A stretch of DNA of 64,000 nt, taken from contig JAPETS010000028.1 in assembly GCA_026023565.1 (NCBI GenBank), positions 372,001 to 436,000 of the forward strand. Direction: 5' to 3'. Shown one piece after another: positions 63,709-64,000 of the stretch (the stretch's first letter is position 1; each line of letters opens with the position of its first letter). This DNA comes from Cirrosporium novae-zelandiae (Eukaryota). The position numbers and the translations under genes were made by a program. The notes below the pieces were generated by a model. The model was not told where the DNA came from, did not search any database, and was given only the letters and a program-made list of their open reading frames with translations.

Positions 63709-64000
63709 TGGCTTGTGCCAATCTCAGAGCTATGCAGACTGACCCCGTATAGGCTAAAAGGGATAATCCAGCCTTCTCCTAATCCTTGACCCCTCTCAAG
63801 CTATCTCGAGATGGCATGGGTTGTGGCCCTTTTCACATTTATTTTCTTTCCGGACATAGGGTTACATGAAAGCACTCGTTGCATTATGCCATCAGGGAAA
63901 AAAATTACGGATCTTTGCTCGGTCAGGGCGTAGCGGAACTAAACACTCTATTCCATCACGCACGTCACATCACCATATCACATTACATTTTACGTATGGG

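Overview
This is eukaryotic DNA from a filamentous ascomycete (Pezizomycotina-type): intron-rich genes with GT..AG introns of mostly 40-150 nt and CTAAC/CTGAC branch points, standard genetic code. I can build about 28 protein-coding genes by hand. Most are housekeeping: partial RecQ helicase, ILV6, CSN6, HSM3-like, RPC31, YCII protein, RSM25, PPR protein, KHDC4-like, EMC1, PCS60, SPF45, MNN9, STS1, HEM2, DRE2, STF2-like, NUP133 and casein kinase I. An accessory-looking block of about 14 kb between STS1 and HEM2 (35.3-49.4 kb) holds a secreted, roughly 33% Asp/Glu orphan protein that the ORF track shows only in part because its first exon is 6 nt, a P450 with an atypical I-helix divergent from an SDR, a Fe-dependent alcohol dehydrogenase, and two tandem BTB/POZ paralogs. 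Splicing oddities include a start codon split by an intron, tandem in-frame acceptors in SPF45, a 15-nt microexon followed by a GAG acceptor, and frequent AAG acceptors. I found no supported rRNA, tRNA, CRISPR array or transposase. All gene names come from motif recognition, not database searches, and the intron coordinates are manual.
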